DNA of 63,050 nucleotides, the filler included, from Parasitella parasitica NRRL 2501 (Eukaryota > Fungi > Mucoromycota), in the NCBI GenBank assembly GCA_025201805.1. It is 11 parts of 11 records of this genome, joined end to end, with 100 filler letters (N's around TTAATTAATTAA, not from the genome) between each part and the next. Parts side by side here need not be neighbours in the genome. Positions count along the whole stretch, not along the records: positions 1 to 30,200 come from MU619359.1; 10 more parts are not named here. The stretch is one strand, 5' to 3'. The first letter of the stretch is position 1; each line of letters starts with the position of its first letter. This document shows, piece after piece, positions 12,701 to 26,231 of the stretch. A program made the translations under genes and the position numbers. Below the pieces are notes generated by a model. It was given only the letters and a program-made list of their open reading frames with translations. It was not told the DNA's origin and searched no databases.

Positions 12701-14915
12701 CAGCAATGAGTCCTTTGAATGGGAGATTGTCGGCAAGGATGTCAGTGTCACTGCTCTTGGCTTTACCTTTACAGGCGTATCACTTGACAAGTTTGTCACC
12801 TTGAAGGGCTCCAATGGGTTCAAGAACGCCGTTACTGTGCAAAATTTTTACCTGCCTGCTAATGACCCTGCTGGTGGCATTACTCTTACTGCTGATACTA
12901 TCATCCATAATCCCAGTCAAGTTGGCTTCAATCTTGGCGGTGCTGCATTTGAGACGTACTTTGACGGTGTTGATCTCGGCCCGCTTGCTTCTGATGGCGC
13001 TGCCTTCTTTGCTCCTCTTACTGATTCCAGCATGAAGATGAAGGGCCGTTTAGTTTCCCAGGAAGGGTCTCAGCAAGGTATTATGGCAATCACCACTGTA
13101 TTTGGTCATTATCTTGCTGGTCTGTCGTCCAACCTTACTATCAAAGGTGTCTCTGGTTCTGGTAGCAGTGGCACTGTTAGCTGGCTCACCACTGCATTCA
13201 AGACAATCAACATCGAAAACGTTGTGTTGCCAGGTCCTGAAGCTATACCTGAACTCATTCCATCCATTGAAATGAAGGACTTGACGTTAGATTTCACCAA
13301 AGACCAATGGGCTCCTCCTACTAGCTCTTCCAGAGTAGAAGCTCAGCTTAAGAATCCTTTTGGATTCCCTCTTACTGTCAACCAACTTGACATGGCTGTC
13401 CAGGCTACTTATGGCGGAGGCACCGTCGCTACTCTTGACATTCCCACATCGTCTGCTTCAACCTCCTCCTCAGGCCTGATTACTACTGGTTTCAACGGCA
13501 TTCCATTCAAAGTTGCTAATCAAGAGCTTTTCACTGGTTTCAACAGTCTTTTGACATTGACACCAAGCGTTACCTTTGGGCTGAAGGGATCTTCCAATGC
13601 CATTGCAAGCACTGCTATTGGCACCCTCAAGCTTCCCGGCGTTCCCTTTGACGTGGGCACTACTTTGGCCGGTAAATATACATCATGCTACGCATCATAT
13701 ATAGCTTTTCTCTGAAATTATCTTTTTTTATTTACAGGTTTCAATAGCTTTGGAAATATTGCAGTGATCAAGTCGCTCAAAGTGTCTGGCGCAACGGCAC
13801 AATACATTCTTGTCGACCTCGTCGTTACATTGACAAATCCATCCAACATTACTATTACGGTTGGTGATCTCAACTTTGATGTCTACATGAACGAATACAA
13901 TGCTGTTGTTGGTAAAGCTTACATGCTTGACACGACTATTAGGCCTGGAGCCCAAGATTACAACTGTGCCATGCATTTGGCTGAAGGTGCTACAAGTGCT
14001 GAGGCTGTTGGCAAGATGCTCTACTATTACTTGACTGGGGCTACTGTACCTTTGACTATCCAAGGTACTACTTCATCTACTGCAATTGCACCTCTCAAGG
14101 ACGGCATGTCACAACTCAAACTTGGTACTTCTATCAATGGTGTCACTCAAGGTCTAATTCAAAAGCTCGACATTTCTGTTGATATTAATGTGCTCGGAGG
14201 TAACGGCGGATATGGTGAGGTCAAGATCACATTATTTAATCCTTTGGACACCAAATTTGCACTGAAACACATCACAGCTTCCTGTACCAGTTATTTGACT
14301 TGTAATTATGCTGGCCCTTTGCAATATACTACCCTAGAAATTGGCACTGTAGACTATGAGTTCGATGCTCCTTTCGAAATTGGTCCTGGTGATTCTATAG
14401 AGACTGGCTCGATACCAGTGAAGATCAATATTGCAGCTCTCGATGGTATCATGGCAGACATAGCCTCATTGAGAGCAGTCTACAATGTTACTCAAAAAGC
14501 AAGCGTTATCGTTGGAGATCATTTCCAAACCGACCAAATGGTCTATGCTCAACAGAACGTTCCTTACACAATTGCAATGCCCCCCTTCCCTGATACTTCA
14601 GATCCTGTCTGGCCGTTGATTTGTGAATCGTATCCAGCTACAGCTCTTTCAGCAAACATTACCGATGTTATTTCAAACATTACTACCACGGCTAACACTA
14701 CTACTACTACTAGTACTACTGCTGTCTCTACATCAAGCTCATTACAAATTTCTTTTACGACTATAGCAACAGAAACAACGACGGTTGCGACTATTACTAG
14801 CACTTCTGCTACCACCACTGATGAAGCTGAGCCCACTACAACTGAGGCTGCAACTACTACTGATACCGTGGTTCAAACTACAACAGACGCACCTGTAGCA
14901 CCCACCGACGCCTAA
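9739..14915 (+). CDS. Large single-pass membrane protein with repeated DUF3712/LEA_2-like domains (Tag1-like), about 1664 aa, Thr-rich C-terminal tail
   Basis: Exons 9739-10403, 10462-10502, 10561-13671, 13738-14915 join in frame (4995 nt). Basic KKKRY followed by a long TM. Recurring NPS/NPF beta-rich modules (e.g. FQLPGDDPNGGI, FYLPANDPAGGI) and many N-x-S/T sites. Confidence 0.8.
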
Positions 14916-15689
14916 GCTGGTTCTTTTATTTTATGTGTGGAAATCTTGTCATCTCTTAATATTTCTTTTAAACATACTCCACAAATGCCTTTCATTAATC
15001 AGCTACTACCATATTCATCCTGTCTTGAATCATTCGCGCACACACTATACAATATCCCAAACAATCTATCTTATGGCTACTAAATATCAATATATTATAT
15101 TTCTATCTCATTTGAATTATCATGTACATGTACTACTTTCCTTCTTGTGATAATTGCCAATAATTATATTCTTATTATTATAAAACTCTGTACTTTTATC
15201 AACCAATAAAATATACGTGTCAAACATTATATATTCCAGAGGCTTGAATAGCTTTGTAGTCTTCACGATTCATTACGCATATGCGATATGTTTAAGGTAT
15301 ATATATCATGTTCTTATCATATTCAATAACCATCAATATTTCAGAATGGATCGAATGGAAAAGATCTGCCGGGCTTCAATTCACTGTCTAAACACAATTA
15401 ACCAATATACATACTCACAAATTTCCAACTTGGGAGCAAGACATCAACCTCATAGATAATTTGGGTATGTTTTGATACAAAACACGGTCTTGAACCTATT
15501 TTCATGTACCTTTTATTTTTGAAATTCCCATAATACATCTCGTTCAATCTAGGCCATTACTTTTTCCTCTTCTAAAAAGTTTACAATAATTCGCAATATC
15601 TACAGTAATAGCTTTGTAAAACACCAAGTGATTGGGGCACCATTCCCAGCCAGAACTTACCTCTTTTGCATTGCTCTACTAGCAAAGTT

Positions 15690-17390
15690 TTCATGCAGCT
15701 CTGATAAATATTTGACTGTTGCTCTGTTTGGACCCCAAACCTCAGATTTCGATTTTCGATTTTCAGCTTTGGGTCGATCTTCAGGGTCATTTTTAGGTAT
15801 GGATTTGAGGTCCACACTAAGATACAGGCTGATACTAGTATAATAATTGTACCCCACCATGTCTTTCGATTCTCGATATCTATCTCTGCTGTCGAGATAT
15901 TGCCAAACTAGATTTTGCAGATTTTCCAAATTTTACAGCATATGTTCCTATATCAAGTATCATATTTTGCAATTAAACCCTGTTTAGATTCCTAAGTAAA
16001 GTAATAAAGCACGTTTTGGTACACCTACTAGTATTATATATGTTGTAGCAAGGCTCGAATTCGACAAGCATGAGCCAATTTAATGATTTTACATTAAACT
16101 TTGTCTCCCTGTTTCTCAACAAACTACTATAACAACTTGATCTGAGTACTTACTAAAATATCGTTAAAATTTGGTTTTCTGTTTGTTGTATTAGTGTGAG
16201 ATAGATATGTCGAAAAAAATATTTTTTCATATGTTTTTAGCAGAGGCTTGATTTATTTTCATAACTTTCAGAGCAATAACTGACATATAAAGATACATGA
16301 TATAGCAATACAAAAATAGAGCTACAAAATAGCTGCCGAAAGGTTTTTGTTTGCTCAAAAAATACCGAAAAAAGGAATCAATTTTTACCCTTTTGAATGG
16401 CTTCATTTTGGCCCTCTAAGTATAGGACCGGAAAATTGTATATTCATTTTAGTCGAGACAAGATTTTGATTTTTGACAGAAATAATAAAGCCACAGTTAT
16501 AAACAAGATATTGATGTGTAGGTATTGACATGCTGGTTTATTTGGTTAACTTTATAGAGCTGAATATGCTCAAAATATGCTTGATTTTACTCAAAAACTA
16601 TCAAAAAGGGCGCTTTTTGAATATTTGAGAATTGGTAATAAGAAAAAGTGTTTCTATATCCCTGTAATCTATATGGTTAGATGCAGAATTTATTAAATGT
16701 CATAAAACACTTAGAAAGAATATTCGATATACTTATTATTTTTTTGAGATATATAGCAATGAACTATGCGAAAAAAGCTCGAAACTTGTTTGGGTCAAAT
16801 GGAAACACAGTGCTGAGATTCAATCTACAGCCTCTTTTTTTTGCTGCAAATGAGTGCAACACCTATTTTCAATTGAAGAGCAAGGCATGATTCTAATAGG
16901 TAACTTGTGTATGTCTCAATATGTATCGATAGTCGGGATACTGCATAATAATAAGAACTCAAAAACCATTTATGTAAACCTTCATTTTTGGATAAAGAGG
17001 TACATACCACTAATTCAAAGATATAGCCCTTTCTCACGCTTAAACACATAATTTGCAATTACTACTATCTTTACAAATCATTAAGCGATGAAGATACAAC
17101 TTTCAGCCAAAATATTTTCCATTTGATCTCGTCTATAACAACATATCAAATTCTCAAATATCTCTGACTATTATTTAGATTTTGCTCCGTTTGGACCCCA
17201 CACCTCCTATTCAATTTTCAGTTTTCAAATTTGGGGTAATCTTCAGAATCATTTTGAGGTATGGATTTGGGGTGCAAGAAAAGTATGCATCCTAATACTA
17301 GTACAACAACTGTATCTCATCACGCTTTTCGAATCCCAATATCTATCTTGATTGTCGAGATACTGCCAAAACAAGATTTTGCTGATTTTA
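15690..17390 (+). repeat. Long AT-rich non-coding repeat family A, copy 1 (about 1.46 kb unit plus start of the next unit)
   Basis: GTTTGGACCCCA.ACCT recurs at 15726 and 17189. Colinear similarity to 32567-34049, 38640-39357 and (inverted) 56906-57680. Confidence 0.8.
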
Positions 17391-18027
17391 TAGCAGCTTA
17401 TGTAGATAATGATTGATCAAGATTTAGTTTTTTAGTATAAACAATAGAGATGTCTTGTCTTATGGCTATGAAAGTTTCCAGTTGTTTATTCGGAGCTTTA
17501 TTCATCAGAAAGTCTTTATCACGTTAAAATAACACATTTGCACAACATTTTGCTGTGCGTTTTATACTTGGAGAACGGAGAGGACCTTCCATATTTATAA
17601 AGAACCTATTTCAAATTATACGGAAAAGATATTCACTTAAAAAAAATTATATACTGTATAAGTACAACGGTTGCTTTGTCAAACTCAAATTCAGCAACAA
17701 CTCGGGCTATGTCAATGGGGACAGAAAGCGTTTGGTACGTAGTTTACCCGACCTAAAAAAAGTATTTTTGTGATTACAGACATATTTTGTTGTTTTTGCT
17801 CTACTCGATCAATGAAGTGAACAAATATTCGTTCAACGTGTAAATACACTGCTAAAAATCTAGAGCTTACTCCATGTTATCCATTAGCTGTAGAAGTATG
17901 TCATCCATAATTTTTTTTTCATACTGTACATTAAATTATGAAGAATCGGACATTTTGGCCTAAAAATCAAAAATTTCGGTTTTTCTGCTTGATTAATCAG
18001 ACTGAGAAATTATTCAACTGAAACGGT

Positions 18028-18385
18028 TGTGAAATAATCAGGTAAAGATCTCGTTAATTACATGAAAAAAATGATGGTTTATATACTAGTGAATATAAGT
18101 GGACTGATGGGAGGATAAGGTACAAGTATGAGACATGGTGTGATTTAGAGAATGGAACGATAGATTGTATATGAACATGTCATGTTGAGTTATAAATGAG
18201 GAACATGATCCATTGAGATATGTTCCTGAATTGTGTTCAGGATTGAGTTTACTTGAGTTTGACTTCCGGTTGGGAAATTGACACGTCAGTCCTGATGCTC
18301 AGGTCTGAGTGTTCCTTCAGGAATAACCTTCTTGATTTGAAACAGAGTCTTTATTCTCCAGTCTAGACAGGCGTACTACATTACA
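18028..18385 (-). mobile_element. Possible LTR remnant related to the Gypsy LTR at 63014
   Basis: Minus strand from 18385 reads TGTAATGTAGTACGCCTGTC versus TGTCATGAACTACGCCTGTC at 63014. The other boundary and a TSD were not found. Confidence 0.4.
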
Positions 18386-19179
18386 TAATTGGACATTCTT
18401 CAATCCTCATTTGAAGCATTGCCATGATCTCCTGCCTATAATTAAGGCAGATCAAATGGAATGGAAACAAATAGCTGAGATTGAATCTACTGCCTATACT
18501 GCCAGTGTGTGCCTGTTATGAAATGAAGAGCAAGATATGAAGCCCATAGGTAACTTGAAACCATTTGATATAAGACAATAGCCAAGAAGCTGTGAAATAT
18601 GATGGCTAAAGCTATTTTGATGTAGCTTTATGATTTGGCTAGAGGAAATGTCATTTATCTATCATTAAATGCGTGATCTGCAATCACTATTAAGAAATCT
18701 ATAAAAATACTATATTGAATTGAGTATACAGCTTATAATTAACTTTATTACATGCCTTTGCTACCTTGCATCTATTTAGAATGAGGAGCGAGACGTGAAC
18801 CAAATAGGTAAATTGGTGATTTGCTGATACTCCTCGACAGTTCATTATGCGCTCTCAAAATTAAACAGGCAATGATTGCATTCACTCTTAATTTGGAATA
18901 GATGAAGAAGCTGAAATAATTGATCGTCAACATAATCATATCGGATTACATTTCTCGAGTGTATTAGATTGCTTAGCAATAACGCTACTGCATTTACAGT
19001 TGCCCATTCAGTCATGCACCACACTGAAATCGCATATCAACGTGACGCGACAATATATAAATATATATATTTTTTTTTTGATTGAAACGAGGATGCTCCA
19101 CACATCTTGACATTGCTTTTTCTATTATTTTTACTTGTACAACTCGTATATCAGCAGTTTTCGAAACAATAATTAAAAA

Positions 19180-22100
19180 ATGAGCGATTCTTTTGAAATA
19201 GATGAAATGATCGACCCTGTAGATATCGAGGTAACATCAACACACATAGGAAAATGAAGCTTTTTTTGACATCTAAACCATCTTTGCAGTTTTTCAAGTT
19301 TTCAGGACTTGTTCCCGATGTCAAAGTGTCGATACAAGAAGAGTCGTTTGATATTTCAAAGTATCCAGCATCAGTGTCTTTATTAGCTTGTTCCAATAAG
19401 TCTGGCCAATTTGTTGCAGCTACAACCAAAGGTCATTTTATTTTCACTGCCTCAACATTGGCACATTACTCACGCCATCTTAATTAGGTTTTATCTTTGG
19501 ATCGACAAAGACACTTCGTACAATTATTCTCAGTGCTAAAAAAGGCGAGACACAACCGTTGTCTGGCGAAGCCGCATCAGTGGCTCTTACAAAAGCTATA
19601 AGACAAGTCAGATTTTCGGCAGACGAGAAACACATCTTGGTTGCCCTCGAGGGTGGTAGCGTATCTGTGTACAACACTGACGACATCCAGAACCAGGTAC
19701 TTTCAGGAAATATTTTGGTTGAAATTTTTCTAACTATCCAAAAGAAAGGCAATGTCAAACCCATCAATAGCTTCGAATTGGGCCACGAAATTACAGATTT
19801 AAGACCCAATCCCAACGCTCATGGTAACATGGCAGCAGTTTTATACACGAACCAGCAATGCGCCTTGATTGATTTCACAACTGGAACGACGGAACGCATC
19901 TTCTCCATTGACAATATCACAGCTATCTGTTGGTCATTTAAAGGAAAGCAAATTGTGTGTGGTAAGAATGATGGTGGGCTGGAGCTATTTGATGTCAATG
20001 GCGCAGTAAAGGACAGTTTGAGTATCCCAGAGGCTATGAGTGCTGGTCATGGAACTGAAACAGAAAATAGATATGGTAATGTCCACATTGTAGATCTTGA
20101 CAACATTCGCTTTTATTGATATCTGGCTATAGTTTGTGATGTGTTGTGGATAGACAATCACATCTTTCTTGCAATGTTCGCCCGTAAACGAAATACCGAT
20201 GACGACGACTATATCAATGATGGTTACATTATCAACAGAAAGCCTGCCACAGGCAGTGGACCGGTTTACACTCACCTTGCTGAGATCACACCCATTTTCA
20301 CTACAGAAGGACGTGGCAACCGCTTTTACATGGAAATCATTCGTGGCCTTGGAAAGGAAATCAAGCATCTCGTCATTATTGCAAATGCAGCTACAAACGA
20401 ACTCTCGGTAGTTGGACACAATGAAAACGATGAATGGGCGACATGGCAGCTGCCTGAAAATGGCTTGGCCAATTTACATTTATCTGAAAAGACATTGACG
20501 GATACTTACCCTGTTGGCTTGGCTTTAGATATCACTGCTGATGAAAAACTACCTCCTTTTGACTCTAGCGAAAAGGATGTTCCTGTAGAACCAATGCCTG
20601 TTTTCTATTATCTCAACGACGAGGGTGACATTGCTGCTTATCATTGTTACAATATTGAATTAGCACGAAGAGGTGGGTCTTTCAAAGATGAAAACGCTAC
20701 CACTACTACCACTGCCGCCGCACCAACTGCTAATACAGTTGTGTCGCCTCCGCCTTCTGGTTTATCTGCATTTGGTGCTGCTACTGCTGCTGCTACCGGA
20801 GGCAGCTCATTTACAGATATATTATCTGGTAAAAGTATATCTTCTGCCGTACCCTTGCCTGGTTCTACCAGCGGATTTGGGAGCTTTGGAAGCTTTGGAT
20901 CTACGGCTGCCGTCCCATCCTTTTCTAGCTTGGGATCTGCGCCAAATATTTCTGGAGGATTTGGCAGCACTGCTATCATCCCTACCGCAACACTTTCATT
21001 TGGTGCTTCTACCGGCTTTGGCTCTGCTACTAATAGCAATAGCTCTTCACTGTTTGGCTCGACCACTAGCTTTGGTGCCACCCCTTCTGCTAACCAAAGT
21101 AGTACAGCAACACATCGGTCAAAGGAAATTGCCTCTGAGAAACCTATTACCACAAGCATCCCATCAGAACCCAGTGTACCATCGCTTAATTTGGGCTCTT
21201 TAAGCACAAATAGTGACAAAAAGCCAGAGACCTCTAATGCGGAAATCAAGCCAACTGCTTTTGGATTCACAAGTGCATTAGGATCAGGAAGCTTTGGTTC
21301 ACCTGCAACGAATACTGTTCCAGGAGCAAAATTTCCAGTAGCTGCCACAATACCTACTATATCAGCTACATCACCTTCTGCTAATGCGAGCCTTCCAGGC
21401 TCTACATCTTTATTTGGCTCAGTATCTACAATGAAAGCCCCCACTACTACTATCACACCCACCACTACCGCTGCAAACACATTCGGAGCAACATCTTCAC
21501 TTAAAGCAGGCGGCTTTGGATTATTATCTAAAAACACTGTTCCTGGTGCTAAATCACCAGCGACGACAACCGCATTTGGCTCATTTTCGTCATTCGGAAC
21601 ACCTGCTCCAGTAAAGACTACTACTGCGACTACACCTACACCTAATACTGCTGCCACTGCATCTGTTGCCACAACAACTACCTCAGCGTCAACGTCTGAA
21701 GAGCAAATATCAGCCACAAAGCCTATAAAACCTGTTGTGTCATTGGCACCCACAGTTTCTCCAGTTTCTACAAAGGATAAAGCCGCTGAATCAACTGGAG
21801 AGAAATTGAAGCCAACAGCAGAAGACGGAATGGCCAAGGAATACGAAGAACTCTACATCATTGTCACAGATGAAATTGATCAGGTAAAAGTTTATTGCAT
21901 CCTCCATTAACTCATCATTCACGTAGCTCTTTACTAGTTGAAAGCATTTCACAATAAGCTTATGCTCACCATGAAAGCTAATACAATGCTACTTGAAGTC
22001 AAGTGTACAAAAGATCTGAAAGACAAAGACATCTCCTGGAATCTGAACGAAACCGCCACGCTTGGGAATATTGCGGACGAGCTTGTTTCTGATATCAAGA

Positions 22101-22807
22101 GTGACGAAGCTTATGTCCAGCAAACCAAAGAGCAAGTGAATGCCTTGGCACAAAGCTGCAAAAAATGTTAGTATTTGTTGATTTGTATGCGCCAGCTTTA
22201 CTTATTCATGCAAAACGTAGCTATGGACAAAAAAGAAGACATCAACTATCTGTTGAGCAAGAATATTGACTCAAAAGTGGTCGACATTTTGGACAACAGA
22301 GAGCTTGATGCAGAAACAAAAAAGTCTTTACTCGAGCTATCCAATAGATCAGAAGCATGCGAAAATGTCATTGAAGATTTAGAATTCAAATTGCAAGAGA
22401 ACAAAAAAATAAACAAGATCAGAGATGCTCACAATGTCGGGTAAGCACCCACTCCAATGCACGTAGCGTAAACCTAACGCTCCTTTCGTAGCTCACTTTC
22501 TATGTACACACTTCACCGTGCCATCCGCGATATTGAAAGAGAAATCATGCATAAGGAAAGTGGTCTGACAGAACTCGGGCAGAAGATTGCGTCCATCAAA
22601 TTGAACAATAGCAGGATCAAAGCTAGACGAGAAGCGTCTGGTATTACCTGGGATGATTTATCTGACTCTGAGCAAGAGGACGATGAGCGCAGATTGGCAC
22701 CCGCAGTAATTGAACAAACAACTAGATATCTTCGTAGATACCAGTTTTTGGACACTGTTTCTAATGAAATTAGTAAATCAGGACCCATTTATACGTCAAT
22801 TGAATAA
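19180..22807 (+). CDS. NUP159: Nucleoporin Nup159/Nup146/Nup214-like, multi-exon
   Basis: ATG at 19180. N-terminal beta-propeller (ITAICWSFKGKQIVCG, PVGLALD), central S/T-rich region with many FG/SFG repeats, C-terminal coiled coil. Short GT-AG introns. Confidence 0.85.
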
Positions 22808-22868
22808 AACCACAGAAATTTCAGCTTGATATTATTATACATTATTTTTATTAAGTAATAGGGGAGGT

Positions 22869-23526
22869 TTATTGAACCATTGTGTCTTGTTCCATGGCTG
22901 AAGGTTGCTGTTCAAGCTGCTGAGGAATGGTGTTTTCAGGATTAGTCCAATCAATCATATATCTTGTCACTTTGGGCTTGTCTGCTAAAATGTTTCTTTG
23001 TAACTTCTCAATAACAACTTGTTCAGGAGGGTTTTCACGCAATTGCTCGTCAGTGTATTCATTGTTGACGTAGTAGCCGACTCGAACGAACTCCTTGTCA
23101 TTATAAAGGCAGCTCAGCAAAACCACCGTAACTTCCAGTAAATCTGCTTTAGGCAAAAGCTCAATTTTGGGTGCGTCGGCCTGATTGAAATGTCAGTCTT
23201 TCCATTGTGTGTGTGCATCAATTATCATATCCTTACAGCAAAAACGAACTTATTGACGCCAACAGGAACAGGTCCAACCATGATGGAATCAAGCACTTGA
23301 TCGTATTCCGAGCTTTCAGCAGAACCCACATATATCATTCTCCACTCAATGTCTTGTCGATTGTGTCTTGAAAGTTAATAAAGCAAATCAAAAAACCAAA
23401 TTCAAGTATCGACTTACCGTCCTTTAGAGGGGCATTGCACTCAAAGGTAATTTCAAATTGCAGAGGGTTTTTAAAGTTTGTAGGGTTATCTAAAACCTGA
23501 ATATTCAAGATATTAACAAGAGACAT
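22869..23526 (-). CDS. ASF1: Histone H3/H4 chaperone Asf1; 3 exons
   Basis: [15 protein letters not shown]...FEITFEC; [32 protein letters not shown]; [13 protein letters not shown]. Confidence 0.95.
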
Positions 23527-23743
23527 GATATATTGCTTCCAATTTAATGAAAAGAGAAGGGAAAGAGAGGCATCGACGCGCATTCATCATTACGCGCCAG
23601 CAAGACTAACAGTTTGTTGATCCCGGCCCGGCGCAATCTGCAAGAATCTTCTGCTAGAATATGCAGTTGGCAGGCTGAGAGTGATGCCAGAAAGGAGCCA
23701 TCCATAACGCAACAACCCTTCTTTTAGTACACTCATTTCAATC

Positions 23744-24348
23744 ATGAAGTTCAGTGCTGGTAATTTTTCTAGACAATGATGATCAAATAGATGGGCAGAT
23801 GGATGGATTAACCTATTATCGCATACAATAGACGTCAGTTCTTCTCGCCGTAAGAGCAGAAAGGCTCATTTCTCCGCCACATCTGATGTTCGTCGCAAGA
23901 TCATGAGTGCCCCTTTGTCCAAGGAGCTCCGTGAAAAGCACACCGTAAATAGTTTTTTTTTTTTTTTTTTTTTTTNNNNNNNNNNTTGGTTCAGGGCTAT
24001 AGCGAGAGAATTTACATGTATCAATGATTTAGTGTCGTTCCATTCCTGTCCGCAAAGATGATGAGGTTATGGTTGTTCGTGGTACTTACAAAGGCCGTGA
24101 AGGTAAAATCGTGCAAGTTTACCGTAAAAAGTGGGTTATCCACATTGACCGCGTCTCTCGTGAGAAGGTTAATGGTGCCACCGCTCCTATCGGCATCTCT
24201 CCCTCCAAAGTTGTCGTTACCAAGCTCAAGTTGGACAAGAGCCGTGTTGCCATCCTCGAGCGTAAGGGTAAGAAAGATGCTATGAAGCAGGTAAGATTTA
24301 TAGGTTTCGTTGGGACATGGCTTTAGTTAACGTTGATATTTCTAGTAA
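23744..24348 (+). CDS. RPL26: 60S ribosomal protein L26 (uL24); 4 exons, the last coding only the stop codon
   Basis: [19 protein letters not shown]...[39 protein letters not shown]. Final intron 24291-24345 followed by TAA. Confidence 0.95.
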
Positions 24349-25024
24349 CTACCCAATATATCTGTTCAAGGAAAGCACAATTATCGATTAAAAATAAAAA
24401 TATCAATACACCAAATGTACATATTGACACAAAGAAGAAATTGCATAAAATCTGTTTATATTTTGACATATTGTTTGTTTGAAAGAATTTGTATTTTGCT
24501 TTGCACATTGACCAATTTACAAAGTACTTTTTTGGACTTCTTGCCTGCATGATCTTTCTGTTTCTTGACTCTGACATCTCGTAACCAGAGATATGAAAGA
24601 CTAGACCCAAGTATATGTTTATAAGCATTGAATATCGGGTCCAATATCAACAATGCCACGATACTTTAGTCAGCTAGAATATATGAAATGTTAAATTTCA
24701 ACACGTTGGTCAACACTTTACAACAATTGAAAGGTTTATTGGAGCAATGCGGAAGCCTCACAAGAATTTTGCTGTAGGAGACTGAGTAACTACGCATTTT
24801 ACATTAAGGAAATGTACAAAACCTGAGAAGCCTAGCACGCATGAATTTAACGACGCGCCTAGCAACTTTTGAAAAAACGGATACAAATGATAGTCGGTTT
24901 TAATGGTTTAAAATATGTGTACTGCGACTAAATGTTTGATTTCTAGTAATTAATTCAAAGATATAGATACAATTGAAATAGGGTGTAAAAAAAAATAATT
25001 ACATGAAGGGTAAAGTATAATAGA

Positions 25025-26231
25025 TTAATTATAAGCCTTGGTCAAAGCTTGTTCAAGATCAGCAACCAAATCCTCCTTGTTCTCAATACCAATAGAAATA
25101 CGCACCAAAGTATCGGTGATACCTAAAATCTTACGGTCCTCAGGGCTGACAGCACCGTGAGTCATGATAGCAGGGACCTCGACAAGAGATTCAACACCAC
25201 CCAAAGACTCAGCCAACGTAATGTGTTGAAGATTGCTCAACAACTTGTTGACATTATCCAAATTACCTTTAACACGGAAGGAAATCATACCGCCAAAGCC
25301 ACGTTGCTGCTTCTTGGCCAATTCATGGTTAGGATGAGACGGAAGACCAGGATAGATAACTTCTTCAATATGTTCGTTGGTTTCCAAATACTCTGCAACA
25401 GCCTGGGCATTTTCAGCGTGTCTTTGCATACGAACCTCAAGAGTCATGAGACCACGACGAGCCATGAAACAGTCGAACGCAGAGGGCACAGCACCAAGTG
25501 AGTTTTGCATAAAAGCAAGCTTCTTGTACCATTCCTCATCGGAAGTTACAGCGACGCCCATCACAACATCAGAGTGGCCATTGATGTACTTTGTGACAGA
25601 GTGGATGACAATATCAGCACCTAAAGCAATGGGGTTTTGGAAATAAGGAGACATGAAAGTATTGTCGACAACCAACTTGGCGCCATGAGCATGAGCACGG
25701 TCAGCGATAGCCTTAATATCAATAACACGGAGAGTAGGGTTAGTGGGTGTTTCGAGCCAGACCAACTTGGTATTGGGCTTGAAGTGCTCCTCAATATTGG
25801 CGGGATCACTCAAATTGACAAAAGAAGTTTCAATGTTGAGGTTAGCGGCAACCTTGGTAAAATAGCGGTAAGTACCGCCATAAACATCGTTGACAGAGAT
25901 CAAATGAGAACCAGATTCAAGAGAGTTGACGATAGTAGCTGTGGTCGCAGAACCGGAAGCAAATGCAAGACCAAACTTGGCGCCTTCAAGCTTAGCAATA
26001 GCTTCCTCAAAGTTGTTGCGGTTAGGGTTGCCAGATCTGGAGTATTCAAAACCCTGCGAAATGTTTAATTCGACTGCTGTCGCCCCTTTATTTCAGAATA
26101 CTTACAGTGTGTTCGCCAGCGGCAGTTTGCTTATATGTGGTTGAGAGAGAAAGAGGAGGAATGACGGCACCGGTGGTAGGGTCAGGGCGTTGAGCGGCGT
26201 GGACAGCAAGAGTACCGAATCCAAAAGACAT
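25025..26231 (-). CDS. CYS3: Cystathionine gamma-lyase; 2 exons
   Basis: MSFGFGTLAVHA...EYSRSGNPNR...DVYGGT, WLETPTNP, VVDNTF, PLP lysine motif HSVTKYINGHSD, LAESLGGVESL. One intron at about 26054-26105. Confidence 0.93.

Noticed and set aside
11265-14836. Several minus-strand ORFs over the DUF3712 gene
   Set aside because: Antisense shadows caused by codon bias; no recognisable motifs.
15581-17058. Short ORFs inside repeat family A (also 32689, 33099-33999, 57089-57427)
   Set aside because: Frames and stops are not conserved between copies, so they are treated as non-coding.
20647-21837. 396-aa minus-strand ORF
   Set aside because: Antisense shadow of the S/T/A-rich FG region of NUP159.
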